Assembly: GCA_011109175.1 (NCBI GenBank)
Contig: RDEW01000035.1
Span: forward strand, 201,564 to 265,563
DNA length: 64,000 nucleotides
Source: Dicyema japonicum
Lineage: Eukaryota; Animalia; Dicyemida
Direction of reading: 5' to 3'
Part shown: piece after piece, positions 12,226 to 24,884 of the stretch
How the letters are laid out: every line of letters starts with the position of its first letter
Position numbering within the stretch: the first letter of the stretch is position 1
Translations under genes and position numbers: made by a program
Notes under the pieces: generated by a model
What the model was told of the DNA's origin: nothing
The model's database searches: none
What the model saw: only the letters and a program-made list of their open reading frames with translations

Positions 12226-13544
12226 TGATTCTGAATGAACTGTCTCTTCAGGAACGCGATATTGGGAACATGATTTCTCGACCAATTTCGCCACTAAATT
12301 TTTTACGGATTCCAGAAAATATTAGTCATTGATGCAATTTTTGGTTCTGGCCCCTACAGGAACGTAGGCAGAAGATCCTGAAACAACCCTTCCACGTATT
12401 TGTCTTAGGATACTAAAAATCCGACTTCGTTATGACCTCAATCTACAATAATCCTGGGTATAGCAGAAATAGGTTTTTCCAGTTCCCCGACCAGAATGAG
12501 ACGTAGCCTTTCCGAATATCGAGTCGCTTTCAATTATCCGCCATTATGGGAGCCCCTCTAAAAAAGTAATAGATCCTTTTTGGATCTCAGCCCAGCACTG
12601 ACCGTCTCCTAAGACAGATGAATCAACCAACACCTGCTAGGAATTGAAAAAAAAGCAGAATGCCCTCGACCAGATAAACCCCATTGTGGTAATTGAACCA
12701 CAGCTAATCGTGGCAGAACTAACACTATGCTAACTGCTCTGGTCGAACTTAACGTGGTAATCATGGAAATTCCTACATGCCTCACAAATCAGGTTTACAC
12801 TTTTCAGTGATCATCGAAAATCTACTTAGTTAACGGGCGAACGCGGTGATGAAGATAAATTAGCACATAGGTAAATAATCAATAGGTTTAGTTAACTATA
12901 TCCTCTTGTTCTCCAACCTCCTTTGGTTGGAACCACTACCCAGATCCTTCACTAAGCACTCATCCTCACCATCGTCTAGCTGCTGTTCATTCAAACATTG
13001 TGGTTCCATGAGCGATTCCAGATCTTCCTCTGGGATCGTGGTCGAATGTGTTTTTACTGATTGACGACCAAGATTGGAAATATATAGCTAGTTTATCAGA
13101 AAGATGCGGAGTAATTACAATTCAAATGTCCTTAAAACTTAAGTTTATATTGAATGTATGCCATGATCCGAAATTGGCAGTATTATGTTACTTTCCGGAT
13201 TGACCAAAATATTTCAAAATGGCCACTAAAGAAAGTGAAGCGACGACCAAGAAAAACGTGAATTTAAATTTTATTATTTAAATATTTGTAAAAATCAAAT
13301 AATTTAATAAAATAATAATTATTATAACTAATTCCTTCATACCATTCTTGAGATTGCTTTTTTGACATAAACATAAACTAAGAAAAGACTTTGAATACAG
13401 TACATCTGACAAACTTGCAATTGTGAACGACGAAAAATCATTCTCAGGTCGACCTGAACGAAGACCTTAAGCATAGGGAAGCGCGTCAAGATCAAAGCTG
13501 ACTTTGACGAACTAAATCTCTTAATCGATATATCAATTACAAAA

Positions 13545-13910
13545 CAAAAATTTATTAACAATAAAATATTATTTATTAACTATGGGGGAGAGCGGCTGCT
13601 GACATCACGGAGTAAGCGTTTCCGCGAATAACAGCGATACCAATTCTTTGCCTCAGCCAGACCGCTTCCCGCACGTCTTTCTTGCGGTGGGCCAATTTTC
13701 CCCCGATTTCCTTTAGGAAAGAGGCTGTAATACTTCCAGCCGCACCAGACGTCTCGATTGCTATCGGTACAAAACGGTAGCGGTCTCCAATTTCGCCATA
13801 TTTTTTAATCTTGATTTTTTCGGCCAGATCGGCTGCCGATCCAGCAGACTGCGCCGAGCTGAGCATCATCGAGTTCGAGAAAGAATCCACAACAGTGCAG
13901 TCCAATTACA
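13545..13910 (-). mobile_element. CRE-clade LINE 3' end (young subfamily)
   Basis: ORF 13576-13905 DCTVVDSFS...KKYGEIGDRYRFVPIAIETSGAAG...WLRQRIGIAVIRGNAYSVMSAA plus the same AT tail as 8455-8490. Confidence 0.9.
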
Positions 13911-14099
13911 AAATAATAAAAAAAGTTCTCGAATAAGTGTATGTCCTCTATCTTCTTTCATTCCACAGAAAACCGAATTTTCTGAAATTGACATATTTTC
14001 CGGATTATTTTCACTTTCCTTGATTATTATTAACATGCACGTGCAATATATTTTCTCGAACATTCCAATAATAGTAAAAGCTTATAATTTAATTAATTT

Positions 14100-14145
14100 A
14101 TCCTGAAAGGGGAATAGCCACGCAGTCAGGGCAGCCCCGACCATT
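14100..14145 (+). mobile_element. CRE-clade micro-fragment
   Basis: TCCTGAAAGGGGAATAGCCACGCAGTCAGGGCAGCC is close to the reverse complement of 48970-49030 (ILRGNSHAVMATA). Confidence 0.5.
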
Positions 14146-14769
14146 TACTCTCTTTTCTTTACCATTTGCAAATATTAATTCATTAAGGACGGATATATCG
14201 AGAAAAAAATTAATAGCTAACAACTAATTGAGTGTAGCCAGTTCTTAACTGTGAGACATCGAGTATTCGACTACGGCATCGTATTACGGTCTCTTGGCTG
14301 AACGCAGTGTCTGGTGATATCAGATCTGTGTGGGTTCGAATCCAAAAGATGAAATTTCTAGCAAATTATCGTTAACCAGATCCCACCCGTGAGCTGATTA
14401 GTCCTCGAAAAGGATCTTCTTACCTTCTCCTTGACCGACTCCCTGGTAAAGATTATTATTATGAACCCTTTTTGACTAAAAATGAAGTGACATTCTCGAC
14501 AGTAAAACATGTGGTGAAAATGGAAGAAGGCGGAACTACTTCTCCACCTGTAATAGACTATTGGGGATGGATTTGATCGACACAAGCAGATGTTCTCCCT
14601 TGAGTTCCTTACTTGGATTAATCAGGCTTATCAAATATTGCAAGTTTGGGGTTAAAAATAAAATAACGAGATAAATCACGATTTGATAAGATTCAACCAC
14701 TTTTTATAAAAATTAAGATAAATCTGTTCTTAATTGATTCGAATAAAAACATTAGCAAAAAATCGTGCT

Positions 14770-14990
14770 CGAGCTGCTAAGAGGCAGTGGACATTGCCAG
14801 TCGAGAGCCGTACATGCGGAAACCATCTCCATTTACCATCGTCTCGAAGTCGTGTAGCGATCGCATTCCCGATTTCATTGACGACTCCTTTACCTATACT
14901 TCCAACTTTCCGTGGATTTCAAAGGCGATTGGGAAGTAACGGGAACGGTCTCCAAGGGCTGAGTATTTCTTCACCTTTTCCTGTCGGTCA
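14770..14990 (-). mobile_element. CRE-clade LINE 3' fragment
   Basis: KVKKYSALGDRSRYFPIAFEIHG...GNVHCLLAA. Confidence 0.6.
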
Positions 14991-15339
14991 GTCAGTATTT
15001 TAGATAAATGCTTGATTAAGTCAATTATTGGGTAAACATTAAAGTAAACATTAAAAGTCAGATCAAAGCTCTTGTAGTTATCTGCCAAAACAAGTCGTCG
15101 ACAAAAACTCATAAAATTTTATGAAGCCAATTCGAATTCCACTTATCTCAGATGACGCCTAGTGTCTGGGTGATACAAAAAGGAATCATTTGTTCACCTC
15201 ACTCCATTGGAGGTGTTCCTACGGCTTTGGAATAGATGTGGTCTTCTCTTTTTGCAAGTTCTGGATGAACTATTTGATATTGGAAGACTCTCAACTTCTG
15301 CAGTTGTACCTTAGGTAAGTTATTGATAGGTCTCCATTA

Positions 15340-15580
15340 TGGCCAGCAGGAATTGAGCACGAAATGGGAGTTACCCCGTATTTAGCGAAAGCTAAATGTT
15401 TTGGGAGAGCATCGTTCATCCTAGACTCTTTATTCCGCTTCTTGCAATTAGCCTAATAAACTCAGACGTGTTCGGGGCAAGAACGCCAGACGTCTCAACG
15501 GAGATTGACAGGAATGCGAACCGAACCTCAATCCGCGGTACTTTTTCCTTGTCGAATCTTCAGCAGTACTCGGATTTTTT
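15340..15580 (-). mobile_element. CRE-clade LINE 3' fragment
   Basis: Across frameshifts: AEDSTRKKY, SVETSGVLAPNTSEFIRLI, IRGNSHFVL. Confidence 0.6.
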
Positions 15581-15739
15581 AAACTGAAAATTTAAAATTT
15601 CAAAAAACTACGAAAACTAGATTTTAATATACAAAAACCAATTCCCTTGATTGAAATAAAATATGTCAATCTCAGTCTATATTGAATTACAGTGCACACT
15701 AAAAGAACGAAACCTAATAATAATAACAGCCTTTTTCAC

Positions 15740-15935
15740 GGAACCGTTGGTATTAGCTCCGCATAGGCAGGACACACACTTTATTTAAGTAAAGAACAGT
15801 TAATTTTAACTTATCGTAGAACCAAGGAATGATCTTCACTTCTTTTTTTTTCTTTTTCTTGTGTGAGTGTCCTTTCTAGACAATCCAGTTCCGCAGTGAG
15901 TATTCACTGATGACGGCGTCACTCGTCAAACCTTT
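15740..15935 (-). mobile_element. Family A SINE, 5'-truncated
   Basis: Reverse complement GGTTTGACGAGTGACGCCGTCATCAGTG..CACTGCGGAACTGGAT nearly identical to 29591-29640; short (TTA)n tail. Confidence 0.75.
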
Positions 15936-17599
15936 TCATAGCCAACTGTGCCGGCGTTTATCCGAAGAATTGCACGAACATTAGACATTGTTAAATAAAA
16001 AAATTCAATTATTTTAAAAAATGATTTATCTATGCATTAAATCAAGTATTAATATTTTAAAAATTAATTAGTATTTATTGACATTACCCATAGACTGACA
16101 TTGAAGTCTGAGAAATAGGCAATATATAGGCAATTAACGACCTCAGATGATATGTCACGATTAAACTAGTGATAACGTTTCTTTTATGCTACACGGAAGA
16201 ATTTGCCATTCAAAGAAGTGGCCACAATTTCGTTCAGTTTGGGAAAACAACATTACAGCTGACCACTAAGCAGACATTAAGACTTCTTAGTAACCAGTCC
16301 GTGGTTTCTAAATATTTAAGCAGCCACAAATCTATATAGTTAAAATACCACAAGAAACATATTGAATAATATTTTATTTAAAAAAGTTAAAAACTTATTT
16401 AATAATACTTTAAATTGAATAATGGGGGACGTAATATCAATCGAAGTTGAAGTCATCTGATAGAAGTATAACGTCATTAATTTTATTATAAAGAACACTT
16501 AATCCCATTATAAGGTCATGAGAGCAATAAAAACCCAAATCACAACAAATCAGGCAATATCGACCATAATTATGGTATTTTGTAATTTCCGTCTTTGATA
16601 AACACTTTATCATATCAATTAACGGCACAGTTGGCTATGTAATAATTCCTAGATATTAAACTAATCTTCAAAGGAATATTCTTTCTGTCTTTATTTTCCG
16701 TAGACACGTGGTTTCAGGAGTTTGGTAATTCAATTAGTGTTTTCATAAAGCCTTAGGAAAGCCATAATTGAGTTGCTAATTATAGTGCCTGACAGAACAC
16801 TCAGATTGATTATAATTACATTAAAAGTGCTTATTTATTAATTAAACTGCAATTGGCATACTCAACGGGGGCACAGCTGGTGTTGAGAGAGACCGGTGGT
16901 CCCAGGGGCATAAAATTAGAAGCAAACTGCATCAAATTATGAATTTCCCCAATTTAGTAACATTAATGAAAAGTGAGTGAAAGACTCAAATATCAATAAG
17001 CTCAATGGAATACGGCAAATTGCTGCAGTGACCTCTGCTTGAATGGAATATTTGGCATTCTCTGACACACAATGGGGATTTTTGCAGCTTTGAATTCCGA
17101 TTGGAGTATTTCAATGTGGATCTGCTGATAAATGAGGAATTATTAAAATATCCTAAACAACATCTGGCATTCTAATGACGAGGATAATTTGTTTGTTTTA
17201 GTCGACAATTTCAATTATGCTAAGCTGTTAGCGTTGATTCTTGTATAAAATACAAAATTGCGGCATTTCCACATATCGGTGGTTAGTACTGTTCTGATTT
17301 GCACTTTAACCTTATCTGCTGATTTATTATCACTATCACTCTTTAATGGCTGTCAGTTGTCCTCTAGTAAATTCCCCACTCTGGGCATTCTTGCCTTCTG
17401 ACAGTCTCTGACATGCAACGCCTTGATGGAAAGTGCTACCATTAAGAAATAATTGTGCTCTTTAATATTTCCATTATTTGTCAAATGCACGATAACTGAC
17501 GTTGCTTAGTGCCTGCTAAGTTTTAATGAATACTACGCCTGAACAAAGCCATTTACTTATTAGTTCACTTATTTACTTGTCTCATAACCAATTTAGACT

Positions 17600-18421
17600 A
17601 TGTCCTGCCGTCTCCCAGAAGAGAATACTTTTGTGGACCAACCAGAATTCGAAAATAAGACAATGGAAGACACTATTGAGGAAAATTGTGATATTTATGA
17701 GTATTCCCCCAACATTATAAGCCACTACTACGGTGAACCAATGTCACGACCCCCAAAGTGTAGACCCGGACCGGGAGGATCCGTTGAAGAGCCTCAAGAC
17801 ATTAATTCAGTATACTGCGATGCGAATCTCGGCATGGGGGTGCCCTATGGGAATTATATTTACGAAGATAGAATTTACTTGTACCCAGAAATGGGGGGAT
17901 ATCAAACTTACACTAATGGATACAGTCCCTATCAGATCAGAGAGGACTCGGGTTATTCGAATTCACACATAAACCAGGTTTCCACGTACATCAACCCCCC
18001 TGGAACTAATGGAGCAGGATTTAGCAACCGGGAGGGCTATTATAACCAAGGAATCCACAGCGAACAAGGCAATGGAGGCTTTAGAGTCCGAAATAAGCTC
18101 AGCAATCCTTACGAGAATTCATCAAACTCACAATCTCCTTTGGAGACCTTCGACAGTCTCATAAACATGCGGCTCAAGTCATTCAAGCATTACAACGTTG
18201 AATACGTCGCCTCTCAGGACTCAAATGGATTAGAACAAACTAACGGAAGGTCCAACTCCCTTCATTTGATCGAACAGTGGAAGAAGGAACGGGAGATCTT
18301 GCAAAAATTATTCCCCGAAGGTTCCCCAAATCAACAGGGGAAAGACTCCGCTGATAAAATTCAAAATTTTGAAAATAATGTTTTTAAAATTTTTATTTTA
18401 GAAATTCTCGCTTTCGACTAA
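17600..18421 (+). CDS. Orphan low-complexity (Y/G/N/S/P-rich) protein, 273 aa; possible terminal 22-nt intron 18380-18401 giving a stop at 18443
   Basis: Long stop-free ORF in AT-rich context, followed by an AT block; no transposon motifs; no family recognised. Confidence 0.55.
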   Translation: MSCRLPEENTFVDQPEFENKTMEDTIEENCDIYEYSPNIISHYYGEPMSRPPKCRPGPGGSVEEPQDINSVYCDANLGMGVPYGNYIYEDRIYLYPEMGGYQTYTNGYSPYQIREDSGYSNSHINQVSTYINPPGTNGAGFSNREGYYNQGIHSEQGNGGFRVRNKLSNPYENSSNSQSPLETFDSLINMRLKSFKHYNVEYVASQDSNGLEQTNGRSNSLHLIEQWKKEREILQKLFPEGSPNQQGKDSADKIQNFENNVFKIFILEILAFD

Positions 18422-18569
18422 AAAATTAGAGAGAAAGTTTTAACATTTTTACATAAATTTGTGAATATTACTGAAACACTAACAGGAATTAAATTAAAAA
18501 TAAATATTTATTTTGTTACATTAAAAATAACAATATATTTAATTAACATGTATTAAGTTCTAATTGTTT

Positions 18570-18740
18570 ATCCCCGCCGACATAATTAACGCCTTGTTGC
18601 CTCTCACGATAACTATTGAGATCAGCTGTGAAACCACTGGGGCCGTGGACGTTGTGGCTTGAATGTGCCCAGACGTACCACGATATTGAGAAAGATTTGC
18701 AACTTAATGCTTCAGTTGTCTCAACAGCAATCGCACTGAA
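18570..18740 (-). mobile_element. CRE-clade LINE 3' fragment
   Basis: FTFSAIAVETT and PQWFHS*SQ / SIVIVRGNKALIMSAG in shifted frames. Confidence 0.55.
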
Positions 18741-19569
18741 CGTGAAACAGAAAAAACATTCAATGAAGCATTTTTTCTGAATTAAAATATTTAGTCATGT
18801 GATCCATTAGTCTCGGGAGACGTTTGATACTTGGAGACTGTCTAAGAATCTATCTATTCCCTACTCCATGGAAGAATTTACTAAAATGCTGATATGGGTG
18901 GACGCGATGCTAGGAAAGAATGCGTCTCATTCGTATTGTGGGAACTGGATATACCTTAATTAGACATTAGTTAGCTCTTGACATCTTTCCAGTATATCTG
19001 GGTTCATTAAATAATAAATCGTATTTATTATTTCTGCACGTGTCACGTGTTTGATTAATTTAATTATGCTAGTTAACGACTGTTCATTGTTTTAAGTTTT
19101 CTTAGGGAATTTTAAGAATCTTTAAAGTACTAAAGGCAGATTAATCAATTCAAGTGAATGAGGCTTAATTTTAATAGTGACAAAATAATTGTGACTAAAA
19201 ACGAGTTGTAGTTAATTTTGTCATGCACGTGTAACTAAGAGACATCAGAACATCTTTCCTAATGAAACACTTCAATTAAGCTAATCTCCTTAACAATTCA
19301 AACAAGCTAATTTAGGCACAAATACGGTAAATAAGTATTTTAATTTTTACCATAAAGAACACACCAGGGCCATTGCCTCAAATGTTCCTCAGGTAAATTC
19401 ACCAGAAATCAGCAAATTAAATACCTTGGTATCTTTACCTGCAGAATTCAATGGAATAAGGAAAAAATCTAGAAATATTTCCAGGCTTTATAACTTAAGT
19501 TATTATTAACAATATACATAGAATCATATTAACTATCATCCTACACGTGGACTTCGATAGATGATCTTC

Positions 19570-19735
19570 AAAGTTGAGCTGGACGGGATTCGAATCATGA
19601 TCGTTGACCGATACTTCCTCAGAACTTTCAGTTTCCAGTGTCTCCCGAGTCGATCAATTCGTCCATGCTTACGGAAGGAGTACAAGGTTTTCATTCATCG
19701 TGAAGCCAAGCAGACATTTAATGTACGTCACCACC
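19570..19735 (-). mobile_element. Family C SINE-like repeat, diverged
   Basis: Plus strand GACGGGATTCGAA at ~19585 matches ~692-706; AAGGAGTACAAGG and ACATTTAATGTAC blocks align with 779-830. Confidence 0.45.
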
Positions 19736-20012
19736 TCAATCTTCAGCCTATTGACTAACTGGCCTGTCTAGCTGTTAAGTCTGAATAAACAAGCAAAAAT
19801 GCCTGAAATATCTTAAACTAATCCAATCTGTCTAGAATGCTTAAAATCAATATGAAAGGAATTTCTTTTGTAAACAAATAACACTAAGAATTGACAAGCC
19901 TTCCACAACAATCTATCTTAGAACTCAAAATCGACAGCTGTCAAACACAATTAGTGCATTAACAAAAGATAATCCAATTAATTGCTCACAAAAAACAAAA
20001 AAGACAATAAAA

Positions 20013-21047
20013 TCATGATCCGGTAAAATTGGGTTTCCGTTTTCCAGAAACGCGGACATGCCCTCTTTTCGGTCATTCTACAATGAAAAACCATAGCAAC
20101 CAGTGCAAACGTCGACCAGAAAAGTCTCCTTTCATAAGCCAGCCCAGCATTCAACGTCATCTCGTGTCCTAGGAATGAGTGGTCCTCAAACCTGCCCGCA
20201 CAGCATCTTTGCACAACATAAGAGCTGTCCGTGAGTATTCTGCGATCTTTTCAGCAGTCTTTATGGCCTCTATGAGGACCTCACCAGTCGGGTAAACCTC
20301 ACAGACAAGCCCTGAAAGTTAAGTAAGTGACAAAACCCATCTCCTTGGCCACGTGGGCTGTAATGGGTTCGCCTGTAAGGACCATCCTCATTGCATTGTA
20401 TTTCCCGACAGCTCGAACTAAGTTTTGGGTTCCTCCGCCACCAGGAATTGTCCCCAACTTTATTTCTGGCTGTCCAAAACGCGTGTTTTCCCCGGCATAG
20501 ATAATGTCGCAGCTCATGGCCACCTCACAGCCTCCACCTAACTACCACGTGTTAATTAATCAGATAAAACAGCTATTCCGGTAACCGCCGCGATTATTGG
20601 AATCCGAAGGTTATGAAGACAACTCCAGTTGTGGAATATGTTCTTGTTGTAGCTCTCCGAATAGGTCCGGTCGAGCATTTCGGGAATATCGGCACCCGCT
20701 AAAAATTTTTTGGTTAAAATAAAATAATTTAGAATTAAAAAAATATTTTTTAGTTTAAATATTTAATAAATATTACCCGCGAAAGCCCTGTGGTTGCCAG
20801 TGAGAACAAGACATTTAATTTGTTCATTATTTTCAAAATATTTAATGGAATTTTCAATCTCAAGCATCATTTCATCACAAAGTGAATTGAAAGCACGTGG
20901 TCTGTTCATTTTGATAAGTCCTACATTGCTATTCTTTCCCACTATTTCCTGAATTATTAGGTTGTACTCTACTCTTTAAATTTCAAGCATACTTTGGTTA
21001 CATAAATTTCTGCACGTTATGCCGAATAAGTGTCTCACCAGAAACAT
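20013..21047 (-). CDS. ECHS1: Mitochondrial short-chain enoyl-CoA hydratase, 7 exons, one apparent 1-nt frameshift near the C-terminus
   Basis: Exons 21047-20993, 20971-20777, 20698-20571, 20541-20337, 20311-20192, 20168-20101, 20077-20013 (introns 21 or 24, 78, 29, 25, 23, 23 nt). [74 protein letters not shown]; N-terminal targeting-like peptide. One extra A at ~20040 restores EKRKPNF. Confidence 0.95.
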
Positions 21048-21559
21048 CTTAATTAATAAAGTTGTTCAAATTTAAATTTTTAATTTTTTAAAATTTTTAT
21101 TGAGGCAAACAAAAAGTATCTAAATCATTCAAATTGCTCATTACCAACGATGCAATAGAAGCATACTTAGAGTTCACTAAAGAATACCGAGGACGACTGG
21201 GATACATACTACTCTTTGCAGTCAAAAAAATCTAAAGAGTCAAAAATAAAGCTAGATGAAGCAGAACCTAGATACACTCCGCTTATTGGATTTTCGAGAA
21301 CATGGAAGCGCATACTGATAAAATTGACCGTAGTGCTGCACAAGTCACGAGAAAATAACTTTAAGTTGCGTCGCCAACTTTCAGGATGAGGGCTCCGTTG
21401 TGGCCTGCATGCATTGAGTACGCATTTGAAGTTACTCTTCATAATCGCGAGCCGAATGCTTTATAAGAACCATCATGGCTCTCTACCTTCAGAATCTAAA
21501 ATACTAAATGATTAGAACTCTAACTTGGTTGCTATTCACCCATCAGAATTTTTTCAAAT

Positions 21560-22000
21560 AGCCAGTAACGTTCACTAAGGTACCATGAGCGGGCAGAGAT
21601 TAAGTTTCCAATTTTTTGAAGAAATAGTAGTAAGAGAATTCTAGGTTTCCATAGCGAGAAGAACAAAAGTTACATCACCGGAAAGGTCAGCGTACTTCCG
21701 GAGGTTCAATGTCTCGAATTTCCAAATATTCCATCTCCACCACCAAAGCCCGTTTGACAAATTCGTTTAATGTATTGTCACTGAGGGCACTCCACCTAAG
21801 AGCGAGTGGATGTGGTCCAAAACCGTTAATCCTCTCACCGCATCTGTATTTTATGTGACAATAACTTATTCAGTCCAAATCGGAGTGAGATTTAAATTGA
21901 GTCATCGTAGAGAAAAGTCACCAATAGTCCGTGTGGAATGGCGTTGACCAAGGCCCCACTGTCAGGCCACTGAGAACTTAATGCTAATTTCCAAAACTTC
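21560..22000 (-). mobile_element. Degenerate LINE RT relic (CR1/L2/Jockey-like)
   Basis: GGVP and KYADLSGDVTFV resembling GVPQG and YADD motifs. Confidence 0.42.
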
Positions 22001-22139
22001 CAGTATTAATCTTTTCTAAGCTTTAAGAGAAAAATGCAGACATAAAAACAATTAAGTAAAGCTCACATCTTTAAAATTTTTTTAATCTAAATTTTAATCA
22101 CTTTTCTTAATATTGAATTCTCAAAGTCATTAAAGCCAC

Positions 22140-22230
22140 GTGGCGCCATGTGGTTAATTGGTTGAAAATTTCTCTTTCTTGTGGCGCCATGTGGTTAATT
22201 GATGAAAATTTCTCTTTCTTGTGGCGTCAT
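22140..22230 (+). repeat. Tandem repeat, 40-41 bp unit, about 2.25 copies
   Basis: GTGGCGCCATGTGGTTAATTG(GT/A)TGAAAATTTCTCTTTCTT at 22140 and 22181, partial at 22221. Confidence 0.9.
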
Positions 22231-24399
22231 TGGGTCCACCTTACTCAGGAAACGCCAAATGCCAACTCTCCTTTCCACCGGGAGATAATTTCGTTCCTTG
22301 GGGACGAGTTCTGGAATCGACCTCAGTTCCCCGTTCAACGTCCTATGGATCACTTTTCTTGAGTGAAAGTTCTGCTGGATCGGTTCCCACAAAAAACTAA
22401 AAGACACGTGGTAATAAAATTTTCTCCAAAGTGAAAAATAATATAACCTAAATTCATTATAATTCCATGTAATATCGAGTATGAAGTCTGGTTACAATCA
22501 GTTACATAGCCTTTTGTCTGATGACATCGGATCTGACAGTGGTGGGGTAGAATCCGCTAAACTTTTCAGTGAAGCTCAATTCTCGTCAAACAAATTTCAA
22601 ATATGAGGAGACAAGTCCTTCTGAAACGACACATTAGTTGAAAGGGATCTTCCAAATCAACAAAAATGATTGATGATATTTATTCCACTCCGACTTGCAT
22701 GATACTCTTCCCGTTCATTTTGTCTCATCCCCTACTTGACAATGGCACAAGTAAGGTCACACTCGAAATGGTTAGAAACCATGAAAATGTCAGAAGTAGA
22801 ATTGAAAAATTTTATTAATGCTATCAAAAAATCATTTGTTGACATAATTATTAAGAATATTCTAGAATTAATAGCCACTGATAACTCCCTTACTCCTTAA
22901 AGGCTCTTGTCCTCAAATTTGTGTCAGACGGGATTTTAACAAGTACGATTGATAGAATTACCTTTCATAATAAATCTTGAACTTTTTTATGTAATTTTTA
23001 AGTAGAATTTTTTCCACATTAAAGAAAATCCTGGCACAGTGGACGATATTTTACATCGACGTTTATGATAGTTTGTGGGAAACTCCAATTAAGAGTCCAG
23101 ACCCTCCAAGGCAGGTTCAACTCCCCCTCAATGACCGAGTTAAAAGTACAAATCTTTAGAAAAGCGGCAACAATGAATGAAAAATATCTACGAAAACCAC
23201 GAATGACCATAGCGACAACCTCAACTATGATCTATAGAAAATATAAAAGTGGATAACTCCAGAAGATCTGGAAACTCTCCGTACGAAAACGCAAACCGAT
23301 GGGGCGTGGAGGAGATTGGCTCGCCCTTGTACAAGAATCCCGATGAGATAAATTTAAATACAGTAAAGTCCTTTAAATCATCCCAAAATTGTTCCTGAAC
23401 TATTTTTGACCAATTTGGAAATTTAAAAAAATTATTTAAAAACCATTAAAGTAAAACATTATTTTTATCTATATAGTCAGTTTCTAGCCCTGGACGGAAT
23501 CAGTTGTCTCGTACATATTGTAAATTTCGTCTTCTTTATAATGTTTGAAAATTTCTTCAAAGTGATCCACAAATCAGGTTGTTTGCCAGTTATCATTTCC
23601 CCATGTAATTTATGCATTCGAAAAACATGTCTTTTTTGATCTAGCCCCCAGTTCAGCGTAGCAGAAGGCTCCCATTATGGAAATGAACCCGGAGTTGATA
23701 CAGATAAGTATTGAGAGAGCAATACTGTTGGTCTGGGTCAGCATGCTAGTTGAGGGTATAAAATTCCGGATCTAATCATTGACCCGACAATCATGGCTAT
23801 AGAATGGAGCATTTTCAGATGCCAATTATCACTTTCAGATGCGAAAAAGCAAATAAAGTATTTCCAGGAAATGTCCTAAAAACATGAAATAGCTCTTCTC
23901 CAATCGATAAAAATCTATTCTCACAAATTCATAGCACAAAAGTTTATGACAAATTATTATATAGAAAGATATCTATGACGAAGACCTCCACCTCGTTACT
24001 ACGGAGAACACTTAACGTCCTCTAATCATGGAATACCTTACGGAACGTCACCGGGACTTCCTCAATATGGCAAAGTCCCCCGACCATCGCCTACCCGAGA
24101 TATGACAAGAAACCTTCCTCGCTGTGGAAATTAATCCAAGACTCCAAAACTAACCGCAGAAAAAGGACTGGTATGGACATGAGGGATCACTTAATTAGAC
24201 GATAACTTTCATCATCTTTCTCCTGATTTTGGGGTTAATAAAATAAATAAAAATAATGCTGAATCAAGAAAAATGAAACAATAAAAGGAACCCGTAAACA
24301 AATGATGTTTTAGAAGAATCCATTTTAGATATTGCTCCAGATCTCCCGAAAGATTTTTACTCGTTTAGGCAAAAACTACAGCTGAGCTAAAAAAAATAT

Positions 24400-24870
24400 C
24401 GATTTTTCCTACCTGATTATCCAGTCTGTTAGATTCCTCCATTCTCTTCTCGAGATTTCGAGGCTGTCTAGAACAGGCATTCAAACTCATAAAGCTTCAG
24501 TTGCTGCATACTTTGAGTAAATAAGTCACAATAACAAATCTGGAAAATATCGCAATCTTATAAAAGTGTAATAATTTTTTTCAAATTTCTTGAGAATTGA
24601 GTCTCCTTTCGAGTATACAATGCACCAAACAGTATAATATTGGAGGAAGTATTGCGGAGTTAAGACATAAACAAAGGTCTCCAACTGAAGCTTTAAATTT
24701 CTAACGCAGAAAAGAGCATCCATGCTTTTTTCTTGAGTATTTTAGCATGTTACATAAATTACCTCCCTCTTCAATTAGGAGGCCAAGGTATTTCATAGTT
24801 TTCTTTAAATTCGAAGTCTGCAACAGGACCTTCCATCAATTTAGGAATACTGACAGTATTCCATTTGTTC
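24400..24870 (-). mobile_element. LINE RT thumb-domain relic
   Basis: TMKYLGLLIEEGG and NSAILPPILYC, similar to TLKYLGLLIDRRG and VEPFLIYG in the RT ORF at 27684. Confidence 0.45.
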
Positions 24871-24884
24871 ATTATTATTATTTA

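Noticed and set aside
12890-13260. Acidic minus-strand frame (LESLMEPQCLNEQQLDDGEDE) as a last exon
   Set aside because: No upstream exon with a compatible phase and start codon was found.
14280-14350. tRNA-like sequence ending GGGTTCGAATCC
   Set aside because: No complete cloverleaf; at most a SINE head relic.
15895-15935. CTGATGA in the family A core on this strand, suggesting a hammerhead ribozyme
   Set aside because: The GAAA half of the core is CAAA and no NUH cleavage triplet precedes stem I; better explained as antisense of the SINE core.
22140-22230. Short direct repeats as a CRISPR-like array
   Set aside because: Units are contiguous with no spacers, context is eukaryotic and there are no cas genes.
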